DNA of 64,000 nt from Antedon mediterranea (GCF_964355755.1 NC_092672.1:23759237-23823236); one strand, 5' to 3'. Positions 23,847-37,107 are shown, counted from the stretch's first letter. Made by a program: numbers and translations. The notes: generated from the letters alone by a model not told the origin.

Positions 23847-24361
23847 ATTTTGTCTAATTTTCTTCAAATTGTCCGCTGTTCTACTCTAAAAATGTATTAA
23901 TACTGTAATTATAAAATTTTATTTTAAAGTGGTCTTTAATTGCAGGGAAATTTGAAGGAAATTATTCAGTTGGATTCATCCAAATTGTGGTCTCTGATCT
24001 CTAATTAGAGGGAGGCAGCAGCTAATGGTAAAAGATAGGCGATCATCCGGCTTTAAATTAGATTGAGCTTTTAATTAAAGGGATCTTTAATAGGAGGAAG
24101 ACCTGTATAGTACTAACAACCATTGAAACATGTGTCTACTATTAATTCACTTACCAGCAGGTTCTGAGAGAGGATTAAGCAAAACAAGATCATCTGTATT
24201 GATCCAATCTGTTTGAGTACACAGCACTGGATAGCCAGCATGACCACGTATCACAATCTCCTAGACAATGAAGTTACAAGCAATATTTAAAATACATTAT
24301 ATAGAATACTTAGTAGCAAGGTTGGGTTGTTGACATAGATGGTATGCTTCCCTCCCCTCCT

Positions 24362-25550
24362 TACCTCACAATTATATTTTGTGTCTATAATCTTGCCATC
24401 ACTAAAACATGAATTAACACACGCTGGAACCCAAACCTCTTACCTGGCCATTAGATTTAGTCACTATAATCTTGCCATCACTAAAACATGAATTAACACA
24501 CGCTGGAACCCAAACCTCTTACCTGGCCATTAGATTTAGTCACTATAATCTTGCCATCACTAAAACATGAATTAACACACGCTGGAACCCAAACCTCTTA
24601 CCTGGCCATTAGATTTAGTCACTATAATCTTGCCATCACTAAAACATGAATTAACACATGCTGGAACCCAAACCTCTTACCTGGCCATTAGATTTAGTCA
24701 CTATAATCTTGCCATCACTAAAACATGAATTAACACACGCTGGAACCCAAACCTCTTACCTGGCCATTAGATTTAGTGACTATAAACTTGCCATCACTAA
24801 AACATGAATTAACACACGCTGGAAGGAACCCAAACCTCTTACCTGGCCATTAGATTTAGTGACTATAAACTTGCCATTACTAAAACATGAATTAACACAC
24901 GCTGTAACCCAAACCTCTTACCTGGCCATTAGATTTAGTGACTATAAACTTGCCATCACTAAAACATGAATTAACACATGCTAGAACCCAAACTTCTTAC
25001 CTGGCCATTAGATTTAGTGACTATAATCTTGCCATCACTAAAACATGAATTAACACATGCTGGAACCCAAACCTCTTACCTGGCCATTAGATTTAGTGAC
25101 TATAAACGTGCCATCACTAAAACATGAATTAACACACGCTGGAACCCAAACCTCTTACCTGGCCAATAGATTTAGTGACTATAATCTTGCCATCACTAAA
25201 ACATGAACTAACACACGCTGGAACCCAAACCTCTTACCTGGCCATTATATTTAGTGACTATAATCTTGCCATCACTAAAACATGAATTAACACACGCTGG
25301 AACTCAAACCTCTTACCTGGCCATTAGATTTAGTGACTATAAACTTGCCATCACTAAAACATGAATTAACACACGCTGGAACCCAAACCTCTTACCTGGC
25401 CATTAGATTTAGTGACTATAATCTTGCCATCACTAAAACATGAACTAACACACGCTGGAACCCAAACCTCTTACCTGGCCATTATATTTAGTGACTATAA
25501 TCTTGCCATCACTAAAACATGAATTAACACACGCTGGAACCCAAACCTCT
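24362..25550 (-). repeat. 79-bp tandem repeat (~15 copies) made of a myosin exon 3' part plus splice donor
   Basis: Unit encodes EVWVPACVNSCFSDGKIIVTKSNGQ|gtaa; the true exon is 25579-25475. Confidence 0.93.
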
Positions 25551-26971
25551 TTTTCATCATGTATCCACACCATTAACCCCTGAAAGTACAGTAAACAGTT
25601 CATTATTCAATTCAATCAACTTTTATTATCCACAATCTGATTCTTTTGGTTGTGGCAGACTCACAAATGTAAACAAACATTTAAAACAAACATTTAAAAT
25701 ACACATGTATACAAATTATTGCTAAAGAGTAATTTTTGTAAAGTCTAACAGCTTTCATAATAAATTATTCATTTGGAGCTTTGAGGACTAAACTATGTAT
25801 ATTGAAAAGAGGATGTGTTTCATTTTGAAGGATCTAATAGTAATTATTCTGTATATAAATCTTTATGTTAAAACCATTAATGAATACGTACATGTGTGAC
25901 GTTTCAACTTGTTTTTAACAAGTCAGGGAATGACTATTTGTAATTTGTAATTTAGTCTGTGATTTTCCGAAGTTTTTTGCCTTTTTAGGGGGTGCTAATC
26001 TACAACTAGCAAAGCTACAGTACTCCTAGCAACTACGAACATCTAGTCAGTTGCTAGATGAAGACTTATTAAAAACAAGTTGAAACGTTGCACATGTACG
26101 TATTATTTTTAAACAATCTACTGACTTAAAGAAGGGCTAGACAGATGGAATTAGTAAATTAACCAGCCATGTGTAACCATTTCATTCCATGTTTTAATAC
26201 CCTATGAATAACTGTGCCAAGTGTCAGAATGTTCACTTCATGTCTACTAAAGTAGGCCTACTACAGTATCATGACAGAGAGAATATCAACAGCATTTTCC
26301 TTTACCTTTTTGAAACGACATGCTGGTTTTTTTTTAACTTGTGGTGGAATGCATCTAGGCCTAGATTTAGTAATAATCTGAAAAAAATAGCGAAATGCTA
26401 ATTTTTTACAAACAAATTGTTATGAACATATAACCACTTGTGACCTAGCCTAGCTAGGAATTTAAATGGTTAGCAGAAAAGTGTAGTTGGTCTGATTTGA
26501 TTTGAATTGATTAGAAAATCATCATAAAAAATACATACAAAAGAAAGTGATAACATAAATTACTGACATTACAAATAATACAATTATAAAAGATTTTGCA
26601 GGATAGCTCAAAAAGCTTAGGCCTAAATAAACATTCATCCCTTATAGTACCAAACAAATATTGACCAGAACCAGCAATCAGCAACGCTCAATACCGAACA
26701 CCCGATTTTATCGGAACCAAAATAAAACGTTATCGATTTTACCATTATATCAAACATAAAACTACCGCATTGGGCCCTGCGCTAATATGATCGGGCCCAC
26801 CAAATGAGACGATAGAGACCAAACTGGTTCCTAACACATGAGACGATCGGGCCAACGCATGAGACGATTGGGACCACGTTTTCTGGGCCCAAGACGATCG
26901 GGCAGCAAATAAAAACAATTTACTGTGATAACCGGCCTAGACTTAGGTTAGGCCTAATATAGTAATAATAC

Positions 26972-27775
26972 GATTTTGATCCAAGTCGGCCCTAAACCGT
27001 CTCGGGCAAAGTCAAGTCGGCCCCAAGTCAAGTCGGCCCGTAGTCAAGTCGGCCCCAAGTCAACTCGGCCTCAAGTCAACTCGGCCAAAAAATAATCGGT
27101 CAACTCGGCCCCATTAAAGTATGGAACGCAAAAAGTGCAAATGAAGGGGATTGATAAAATAATATTTCTTCAAAATTTTTTAACTATGAATAATTCTGAC
27201 TTTTAATGAATATTAATATTTAGACAATAATATATTTAGCAAAAAAAATAGGAATGATTTCACCAACTTTCCTTTATTTACGTTTAATAAAATTTCAAAT
27301 TGCACAATTGAAAACAATTCGTAGCTGCGCCTCCCTGCGCGTTTGGCAGCTTTTTCGATATCTACAACTGCTATGTGTTTTCGCTGACCGGGGGATTCCC
27401 CTTTTTTAAAAACGCAAAACATGGACAAAAACGATGTACGATCATTTTTTCTATGGCCAAATGTGATGAAACGTAGGCCTCCGTCCGTAACACGCGGGTA
27501 CTTCTATTCATATCGGCAATGAGTTCATTTTTTTATATGATATTATTTAATTATATTATATTTTTTATTTCTTCATTTTTTAGAGTGGATAGGCCTAAGC
27601 CTAGTAATAATCATAATAACATTAAGTACTTTTTGCGTTCCATATTTTATTGTGGCCGAGTTGACCGATTAGTTTTTGGCCGAGTTGACGTGAGGCCGAG
27701 TTGACTTGGGGCCGACTTGACGTGGGGCCAACTTGACTTTGGCCGAGACGGTTGGGGCCGACTTGACCTGCACCC
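26972..27775. mobile_element. Foldback-type MITE with subterminal (GTCAAGTCGGCCCCAA)n arrays
   Basis: Inverted arrays at ~26981-27112 and ~27653-27770; 8-bp direct repeat AATAATAC at 26964-26971 and 27776-27783. Confidence 0.8.
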
Positions 27776-27855
27776 AATAATACCCTACCCAGGCCTACCT
27801 ACCTAGCCTAGCTAGGCCTAGAGGCTACTCTAGGGTCAGGCTATAGTAGTATATA

Positions 27856-28618
27856 GGGCGCTACTGCAGTTTCGCACCACACCGTTATATCTTTGATTTC
27901 TCACCAAAACTTTCCTTTTTCAAACTCACAACATAATATTATGCAACATGTTTATACGATTCGACCACTTACGAAGTAATTTTTTTTAAATAACAATACT
28001 TTTCAAACATTTTAAACCATACTGAACTCGCTGTCAACACACTGCGAAATGTTCGCCATCTTATTATATTTATCACTTAATTGCCAGAATGTATGCTTCA
28101 TTTTCCCCAAAAAAAATGTACAAACTATAGAAGGCAGTGTTATAAAATACGATTACACAATATATATAGGCTTATTTAGTTTTGAAAGGCAAGAATGTTT
28201 TCAGCTGGCGAAATAGAGGTTAAATTAATATTTCATTTAATATTAGGTCCTAGTATTATTATTCATATTAAAAGGTCCTTATGTACGGACTCATATCGTC
28301 GCCGTTTTGATATGTACAGCTGGTTCGTTATAAAAACCACTCTTTGCAGTTTAAAAATAAAAACAGAAAATAAAACATACATTGATTTCTGCTCTGGCAA
28401 TTTTCTGATTCTAAAATGGCCACAGTTCGATCAAAGTATTCGCGGAAAAAGAGCGGTTTTGAAAGGCATTTTTTATTGTGATAAAGGTAATATAACGGTG
28501 GCTAAATCATGGGAACATGTTACAGAATGGCCCAAAACTGTATGATGTGGGTGTGAGAAAAAAAATTAAGCGAGAAGTCGAAGATATAACAGTGTGGTGC
28601 GAAACTGCAGTGGCGCCG
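27856..28618. mobile_element. TA-flanked MITE (Tc1/mariner-type)
   Basis: TIR GGCGCTACTGCAGTTTCGCACCACAC...GTGTGGTGCGAAACTGCAGTGGCGCC, with TA on both sides. Confidence 0.8.
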
Positions 28619-28810
28619 TATATAGGCCTAGCCTAGCCTAACTGGGGCCTCTATCTAGGCCTAGGCCTAGCTAGATTTATTGCACCTGACCTGCATTATC
28701 CTACATAATTGCCTGTACCTAGCCTAGCTAGTAATTGCATTAATTTAGTAACTTACTTTTTTGCCTACTGGAATGTAATTATTGCTTTTTTCCATCAAAA
28801 TAGTTGTCAT

Positions 28811-29008
28811 TTTGATAGGCGCGCCTCCTCTCACTTCCCCAAAACCAACAGTTCCTTTTTTTTTTTTTTTCAAAAACACCGCCGCGCGCCATTTATAATA
28901 AAGTATCTAATAAAAAAATAAAAAAAAACCACTGTGTACCGCCCTCTCTGTTATGACTCGGTGACCTTAAAATAAACAACAGCTATTTAATTACACATGT
29001 TTTTTGCT
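28811..29008. promoter_or_regulatory. Putative bidirectional promoter between MYO19 (-) and OGFOD2 (+)
   Basis: Divergent start codons ~200 bp apart; GC-rich motifs GGCGCGCC, CGCCGCGCGCCATT and CCGCCCTCT in otherwise AT-rich DNA. Confidence 0.6.
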
Positions 29009-32000
29009 ATGATTTTTGCGATCAATCAATCAACAAGATATGTTTGTAGCTGTTACTACACCCATAACATATTTTTACCTAAGTTTAAACTGCATGTGAC
29101 GTATATAGATGATAAAATATTTGCTGATATTTGGAAACCGGTAAAACCTGTTGCTGCCAAATCTTCTTTGTGCTAGAGGCCTAGCTAGACAGCAGAACCT
29201 GGTCTGGTCCTAGTTAAGTAGAACGGATTAGGCCAAGTTGAGCCGCCGACAAGTTGAGCCGCCGCCAGAAAAACGTTATTTTCTATGGAACGCCAAATGC
29301 TAACTTTCGCCGGTGCTCTTTCAATTTATGTTAGGGATAACCATGATGGAGAAATAAGTTAGTTATTTCTCCATGGGATAACGATGTACATTCAAACGTT
29401 TATATATCATGGTTTTTAGTATATATATTATTAAATATTATAATTAAAGAAATAATTATGAAAATCTGGCTTGTAGATTCCAAAATATAAAACATCACCG
29501 AAAGTGATCGTTTTTAGCCAAAAATGACGTAAACATGTTGCCCCTCACTCAGTCGGCAGTTGTATGAACTACCCTAGGCCTAGGCCTACTCCATTTTTCG
29601 GTAAAATAATTACCGTATATTTCGGTGTATAAGTCGCACTTTTGACACGCAAATTTGACCTCTAAATTAAGGGTGCGTCTTATACACCGAACATAAATGC
29701 CTCACCACACAGATTGTACACGTAGGCCTACATAGGCCTAGGCTATCGTCACCTCGTTTGCTAGGCCTGAGTAGGCTAGGCCTAGCTACAGTAACTAAAC
29801 TAACGTAACGGCAACCTGCTTCTGCCTAGGCCTAGTTTTCAAGTCAATTTAGCATGATGTTATACTAAATATGATGAAAAGATTTTTTCATTATGGCGCT
29901 CCGATAAAATTTCATTTGTAAACGTTTACGTCGTACGATTGGAATAGTATTTATTTATACAGTAGTTATACGCACGATCGCCGTACCCCAAGCGCAAGCC
30001 CTTCTTTTGGTGGCACATGGTGTACGGTATTCGACTAGTATATTCTCCAGGTGATTATAGCCGTATCCGGATATTCACCCCCTGGACATTTACCCCCCGG
30101 AAAACTACCCCCCGGACAACCACCACCTGGACCACTACCCCCTTAGGACAACTACCCCTTTAGGACAACTACCCCCCGGACAAACACCCCCCGGACAACT
30201 ACCCCCTTAGGACAACTACCCCCTTAGGACAACTACCCCCCGGACAATTACCCCCTAGGAACAATTACCCCCCGGACAATTACCCCCCGGACAATTACCC
30301 CCCGGACAATTACCCCCTCCTCCCCGGGTAATTACCCCGCGGACAACTACCTCTGACACAATACTCCCCGTAGGACAACTACTTCCTGGACAATACTCCG
30401 AGGGCAAATAATCTTTTAGGACAACTACCTCCGTAGGACAACTAACCCCTGGACAACATTTCATTTGTTTGTTTTCATTTTACAACCCGGATTATACAAT
30501 ATATTTATATACATGATAAAAAAAAACAATAATAGCTCAGTACCACCAGTAACCCGTATCACTGTAATTCCTTTTTGGTTAATCGTATCAAATTAGAAAT
30601 TATATTATCATAATCTTATTACCCCGCGGACAACTGCCTCTGACACAATACTCCCCGTAGGACAACTACCTCCTGGACCTGGACAATACTCCGAGGGCAA
30701 ATAATCTTTTAGGACAACTACCTCCGTAGGACAACTAACCCCTGGACAACTACCACCCAGAAAACTATCCCTTTAGAACAACTACCCCCCGGACGGACAA
30801 CTAACACCCAGACCATTCAACAACCTGACCTCTGCAACAGCGTATAATAGGAATTAATAACTATATTTTAATTCTTACTTTGACGAATTACTATTCATTA
30901 TTGTAAACAAAAGTAAAAGATTGAACATAAATATAGCCTGGTATAAACTGAAGATTGTCACATGATCATAGGATAGTCGAACGTATTATATAGTACTCCC
31001 TGTATTTACTGTAAAAACTGGGTTCGCTAATAATAATAATAATTTTTGCGTCAGGACAATGCTTCGATAACCACTGGTCTTAAAAGAATTAATTTTTGTC
31101 TCAAATTTGTCATTTGTATTTTTGTACACTTGAAGAATAATATCACTTTTGATATTTGACCTCAATGTTCACTCACCGAATAAACGGCGATCTTTAAATA
31201 AATTTCCCTCAAATAAACGGTGACCATGTCACTCTCATGACACATCATATGGAATAATCGGCGTCTATTTCCATTAGATTATACCCCCTCCCATTGAATA
31301 AACAACTTTCTTCCAATAAATGTCCACCTAAAAACCACCTAAACAATAAACAGCCCAGGCCGTTTTTTTCAATAAATACGGTACTTTAAATCTAGCAAAT
31401 CTAGGGCCTGGCGTGCTGTTAAACAGAATAATCGGTTAAAAACGGGTGTTTCGAAACTAGAGACCCGAGACCAGAGACCATGAGACCCGAGACCCAATAC
31501 GAAAAGGGAGACCTAAATATACGAAAAGGGAGACCCACGTACGAAAAGGGAGACCCCACTATACGAAAAGGGAGACCCCACTATACGAAAAGGGAGACCC
31601 TAATATACGAAAAGGGAGACCTAAATATACGAAAAGGGAGACCAAATATACGAAAAGGGAGACCCAAATATACGAAATGGGAGACCCAAATATACGAAAA
31701 AAGAGACCAGAACGAAAAGGGAGACCCTAATATACGAAAAGGGAGACCCAAATATAGGTCTCCCTTTTCGTATTGGGTCGTGTCAGGTCTCTGGTCTCGG
31801 GTCTCTAGTTTCGAAACACCCGTTAAAAACAGATGATTTCATTTTTACAGAAACCGGTCCTATATATTTGTCTACTTTTAGATTGGGGGGATGGGGGGTA
31901 GTTGACCGGGGGGTAGTTGACCGGGGGGTAGTTGACCGGGGGGTAGTTGTCCTAAGGGGGTAGTTGTCCTAAGGGGGTAGTTGTCCGGGGGGTAGTTGTC

Positions 32001-35000
32001 CGGGGGGTTGTTATCCTAAGGGGGTAGTTGTCCTAAGGGGGTAGTTGTCCGGGGGGTAATTGTCCGGGGGGTAGTTGTCCTAAGGGGGTAGTTGTCCGGG
32101 TGGTAAACATCCGGGGGGTAACTGTCTAGGGGGTAGGTGTCCTAGAACCGATTATAGCATGGACCTAGCGTACACACTTCTCGGATACATAGATACTAAT
32201 CGAATACGATTGTCCGTGAAAACGTGCGCCCTCTCGAAAAGATCGAGCGAGGCTAGCCCACACACGTGCGTGTTACACACACGGTCATGCACTCGATGTT
32301 GCGGCGAAACTCATGAATAACAAGTTAGAAAGAACTTGTTGAGGCTGGGCGCGGCCGAGCCTCCTAGGTAAGAAAAAACCTAAATAAAGGACGCCGTTGT
32401 AGATATAACAAAATATATTATTACAATAATATTGATTACAATTTAAAAAAACATTGTTTTGATGAAATATAAGGTGCGTCTTATACATCGACGATATAAA
32501 AAATACCGATATTTTACTCTCAGTTGGGGGTGCGTCTTATACACAGGTGCGACTTATACACCGAAATATACGGTACATAAAATCACGCTTTTTAGTAAAA
32601 TATTTTGTGTATTAACATTTTAAAATTCAATAAAATATGATATTAAAAGATTAGTAAATAAAAAATAATATTTATTTAACCTCATTCGAAAAGTGTTAAT
32701 ACTCTATTAATTAGTACGTGGTAGGCCTACACGCGAGAAAAATTATGAGTGCACTGAATTTTTTCCTCGAAAGATTAAAAACAATTAAATATTACTACTT
32801 TCCTTTGCTGTGTTAATTGTGATAGGCCTATGTAATTATATATTATTTATTTTCATGACACAATAAACCAAGACCATGAACTTATGTACTAGGACACCAT
32901 CCTAATCACTATGCGAAATGTCGTAAAAGACGCATGCACTGGGCGTTTCATAGAAATCACCGGCGGCTCAACTTGTCGGCGGCCCAACCGGTCATATCCC
33001 AGTAGAACTAGTAGGCCTAGGCCTGTCTAAACTAACCCTACCCTAGACCTAGGCCTTTATTTTGGAAATTAGATTTTTTCCGCTGTAGTCATTCTGAAAA
33101 CTTTACATATATGAATTTATGATATAGGCCTTAGTCTAGGGTATGCAGTATTTTTATAATTTACATGCACAGGTCAAAATTAACAAATTATGCATTATGA
33201 TGGTACAGTACGGTAGTACTGTAGTTTCCATAATAGCCTGGGTGCAGAACAATTATTATACACATTTGCGGGAAAAAAGTATAGGAAAATTTTTTTTTTG
33301 TTTTTCTAATAGAGTATACCATATAGAATGTCAGAAAAAAAATCCCCATTCCAGGGTCTTGGGGAAAATTTTTTATGGCACTTTTAAATTTTGGCCTATA
33401 TAACACACACAAATTCCTATTAACATACACAAATACCTATATATAGGGGATAGGGAAAATCAATTAACAGTTTTTGTTACTTGCAGTTGTGTTTTAATGA
33501 TTAAAATTAGTAGAGGCTTACTTTAATAACTACTTCTCATAGTAGTTGATGAATCAAGTCGATACGATGACATCATCATGCCAGAATCCAATATGGCGTC
33601 CGATTTGGCGGGAAAAACAGGGTATTGCTAAACCCCCGCAAACCCCTGGAAACCTCCAAAAAAACATAGAAAACCCCACCGAACCGACATAAAAGTGATT
33701 GAATCATGGAGTGTACACCACACTGGGTATGTCCATGTAAAAAAAAATTAAAATTTCTACTGTTAACTACTTATTTTTGGGATAAAACGTCATTTTTTGG
33801 TTAAAAATTAGCAATCATTTTTTACCAGAAAATGATGTTTTACCCCAAAAATAAGTAGTTAACAGTAGAAATTTTATTTTTTTAAAACATGGATATACCC
33901 AGTGGGTCGTACAATACATGATTCAATCACTTTTATTATGTTGGTTCGGTGGGGTTTGCTATGTTTTTTTGGAGGTTTGCAGGGTTTAGCAATCATTTTT
34001 GACCAAAAAATGATGTTTTGCCCCAAAAATAAGTAGTTAACAGTAGAAATTTAATTTTTTTTTTTTCATGGATATACCCAGTGGGTCGTACACTACATGA
34101 TTCAATCACTTTTATGTTGGTTCGGTGGGGGTTTGCTATGTTATTTTGGAGGTTTCCAGGGGTTTGCGGGGGTTCAGCAATACCCTGTTTTTTCCGCCAA
34201 ATTGGACGCCATATTGGATTCTGGCATGATGATGTCATTGTTATGGACTCGATTTATCAACTACTATGAGAAGTAGTTATTAAAGTAAGCCTCAGCTAAT
34301 TTTAATAATCGTAACACAACTCCAAGTTAAAAAAAACGTGAATTGGTTTTCCCTATCCCCTATATATAGGTATTTGTGTGTGTTAATAGGCATTTGTGTG
34401 TGTTATATAGGCCAAAATTTAAAAGTGCCGTAAAAAATTTTCCCCAAGACCCTGGGATGGGGATTTTTTTTCTGACATTCTATATGGTATACTCTATCAG
34501 AAAAAAAAGAAAAAAATTTTCCTATACTTTTTTCCCGCAAAATTTGTACTGCACCCAGGCTATAAGTGCTCCGTTTAAGCACTGAGTGAGTACATAATTA
34601 TATGGTATGTAATTTAAATGTGAATGGGAAATAGAGAGAAACAAGCTTCAAATTGGAGCTACTGTATAGTACATATAATATTAATAATAAAATGTGAATT
34701 GTTTGTGTATTATTTTGTAGATTATTAAAAACAAAGGGTGTGACAATGAAGAAGGATTCACAGACGTTCTGAGAGTCGTAAGTAATTGATGTTTTAATTT
34801 ATGTAATTATGTTAAGTTATCTGGCTGATAATGGTACAAGTAGCAAAATACAGTTCATATGTGTGTTGTAGCAGAATACGGTACCTGTGTATCAGAATAC
34901 GGTACATGTGTAGCAGAATACGGTACCTGTGTATCAGAATACGGTACATGTGTAGCAGGATACGGTACCTGTCTAGCAGACAATTTTCCTTTTTTGTCAA

Positions 35001-36105
35001 TAAACTCTTCTAGGAATAAAACAAAATTTGGCTCATGCAGACAATTTTCCTCATAGTGGGACATTCAAATGCAAAACTATATTTTCTTTATTTTATTTCA
35101 TACCATTAAACACAATGTTATCTCACTAACAATTCATTTCAGGTTAAAACAGAAGTAGAACGTAGAAAATCACTTGGCCGAGATTATTTAAAGAGAAAAG
35201 AGACAATTTTAAAATATTACACACCACTCAATCAAGAGATATACAAACTACAGGTATGGAATTAAGTAGTTAAAAAAATGAAATAAATATTTTACCTGTT
35301 AACTACACCTTGCTGATGGAATACAACTATGAATGCATGTCTGATTTTGTAAAGACCAACTATTACAACAAATGTTTAGCTTGACTACTACAACTGACAA
35401 GGACAACTTCCCCTTTAGTTATATGTTTAGTTAAATATCTTGACTAAAAATATTTGAAATAGTTGGAAAGTTTTACTTCTTTATGGTATTATATTTTCTC
35501 GTTGAGATTGTTATAGATTTCATTTCTGAGCCTAAAATTTCTGAAGTTGGTTGAACATAGCAAGCAGAAAAATGCATCAATGCAAAGTTTGATAAAACTC
35601 ATGAGTACTGAAAAAGGTTTGTTGATAGTTGACCTATTGTAATCAAATTCTATAAAAAATTAGTAAAGGAGTCTAACTTAAATAACTGTACATTGTGAAG
35701 CTCATTCTGCCATGGAACAGTAATCGAAAAAGATAAAAATCAAAGCTATACACTAGTAAGAGCAAGCTTTCCTATATGATTAAAACTATTTGACGAAAAG
35801 GCATATTTCAAACACATTAAAGGAAAAGTTAAGCACACAAAAAATGGCAAAATTACATGTTTTTGCATTGTTATTTTGTGAACAATGGATGTTCTATAAC
35901 TCAAAATGGCATTCAAAAACTTGCATATTTACTGTAATTACGTTTTATGTTTCACATTTAACTGTTTTTTTTTTATGTAGGAGAGCGTATTTACTCTTTT
36001 CCAATATTTACTGAAGAGTTTTGTAATTCATTTAAAGAAGAAATAGAACATTTTGAAAACACAGATTTACCAAAAGGAAGACCAAATACAATGAACAATT
36101 ATGGT
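29009..36105 (+). CDS. OGFOD2: OGFOD2-like gene, exons 1-5 only (175 aa; catalytic 2OG-Fe(II) domain absent from window)
   Basis: Exons 29009-29140 (YVCSCYYTHNIFLPKFKLHV), 34721-34777, 35143-35253 (EVERRKSLG), 35517-35616, 35981-36105 (RIYSFPIFTEEFC...EEIEHFENTDLPKGRPNTMNNYG). Phases consistent, no stops. PKGRPNTMNNYG is an OGFOD2 signature. An alternative in-frame ATG lies at 28997. Confidence 0.9.
30062..32149. mobile_element. Mutator-like foldback element with (GGACAACTACCCCC)n arrays (layer 3)
   Basis: Inverted arrays at ~30068-30320 and ~31893-32143; 9-bp TSD GATTATAGC at 30053-30061 and 32150-32158. Confidence 0.88.
31444..31821. mobile_element. Mutator-like MITE with internal ~22-bp array (layer 4)
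   Basis: TIR GGGTGTTTCGAAACTAGAGACCCGAGACCAGAGACC; 9-bp TSD GTTAAAAAC at 31435-31443 and 31822-31830; internal (ATATACGAAAAGGGAGACCC)n. Confidence 0.92.
33234..34562. mobile_element. Foldback MITE with ~580-bp inverted arms, TAGCC ends (Academ-like)
   Basis: TAGCCTGGGTGCAG...CTGCACCCAGGCTA; arms ~33234-33820 vs ~33990-34562; TAA on both flanks (3-bp TSD candidate). Confidence 0.8.
34866..34980. repeat. 21-bp tandem repeat, 5-6 copies
   Basis: Unit GTAGCAGAATACGGTACCTGT / GTATCAGAATACGGTACATGT. Confidence 0.9.
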
Positions 36106-36755
36106 GTAAGTGTGGCTACCGTAAATGCCCTGCTTTGCATAAACTAATCAAAAACCCCACCTCAAATATTAACTCCCCTACCCCATTAACATCATTTGGT
36201 ATAAATGCCCCTCATAAACATTAGTAGGGTAGGAAGGAGGGGTTACCGTGCACCCCCATGATGTATTTTTTTAATGTACATTTTTGTAATCCTGAATATA
36301 TATAATTAACATTTTTTGATGTTCCCAAGACGAAATATTGTCCCATGGGGTCTTTTGGGGGCCATTTTGGTGGCCATCTTGGATTTATCAAAATCATAAA
36401 TATAGACGGTACTTGACAAAGACTGATCATAGAGGTCTGATTTTGGTCTTAAATTGTTCAGAATATGCACATTTCTATGTACTATAATGAAAAGTTTTCG
36501 TTCAAAATGGCCATAAATGCCACTTTTGACCTTTGACCTTGTTTTTACATAAGGGTCATATCTTGGTAACCCCTGGTCATAAAGATTTTATTTTTATCTT
36601 AAATTGTTCAGAATATCCATATTTATATTAGCTTTAATGAAACATATTTTTGAAATTTGACAGGAAATATCATTTTTTACCTTTGACATTATTGCATAAC
36701 GATTTTCTCAATAATTAATAATAATAATAATAATTTTTGTATTTTGTGACAATTG

Positions 36756-37107
36756 TAACAAAAGGTGTGTACACACTATAACAAAAGGTATGTACACACT
36801 ATAACAAAAGGTGTGTACACACTATAACAAAAGGTGTGTTCACACTATAACAAAAGGTGTGTACACACTATAACAAAAGGTGTGTACACACTATAACAAA
36901 AGGTGTGTACACACTATAACAAAAGGTGTGTACACACTATAACAAAAGGTGTGTACACACTATAACAAAAGGTGTGTACACACTATAACAAAAGGTGTGT
37001 ACACACTATAACAAAGGTGTGTACACACTATAACAAAAGGTGTGTACACACTATGACAAAAGGTGTGTACACACTATAACAAAAGGTGTGTACACACTAT
37101 AACAAAA
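36756..37107. repeat. 23-bp minisatellite, about 15 copies, each containing the palindrome GTGTGTACACAC
   Basis: Unit AACAAAAGGTGTGTACACACTAT, head-to-tail with no spacers. Confidence 0.95.

Larger units (their letters stand above)
15120..28810 (-). pseudogene. MYO19: Myosin XIX-like gene, motor-domain exons, with multiple inactivating lesions; 3' part not in window
   Basis: GT-AG exons: 28810-28757, 26377-26306, 25579-25475 (VWIHDEKEVWVPA), ~24260-24155 (DDLVLLNPLSE), ~23321-23182 (TLVTLNPFK), 22711-22598 (GESGSGK), from 22246 (TWNARCL), ~22047-21973 (ILDSNPILEAF), ~21165-21034 (NSSRFGK...NFHIFYQ), 20406-20204, 19500-19413, 18499-18313 (RRDCLAKLLYAR), 17789-17600 (LLDVYGFE...NEKLQQHF), 17263-17153, ~16808-16693 (CKLNR), 15212-15120. 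TWxxRCL, RRDCLAK and CxLNR are MYO19-like. In-frame TAA at 17252-17254 plus other lesions. Confidence 0.85.
29613..32573. mobile_element. pogo/Tc1-type non-autonomous element (layer 2)
   Basis: Perfect TIR CCGTATATTTCGGTGTATAAGTCGCAC with TA TSD. Confidence 0.9.
29225..33000. mobile_element. MITE, outermost layer of nested cluster
   Basis: Subterminal inverted CCGCCGACAAGTTGAGCCGCC / GGCGGCTCAACTTGTCGGCGG; 8-bp direct repeat AGTAGAAC at 29217-29224 and 33001-33008. Confidence 0.8.

Noticed and set aside
27968-28060. Apparent first exon (AAGATGGCG...|gtaagt) for the myosin gene
   Set aside because: It lies inside a MITE and has an early stop; 28810-28757 gives a phase-compatible start.
30255-31836. 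ORFs with repetitive peptides (GGNCP, KGRP/EKGD repeats)
   Set aside because: Translations of MITE subterminal and internal arrays, not genes.
36756-37107. Palindrome-containing 23-bp repeats resembling a CRISPR array
   Set aside because: Units are head-to-tail with no unique spacers, there are no cas genes, and the context is eukaryotic.
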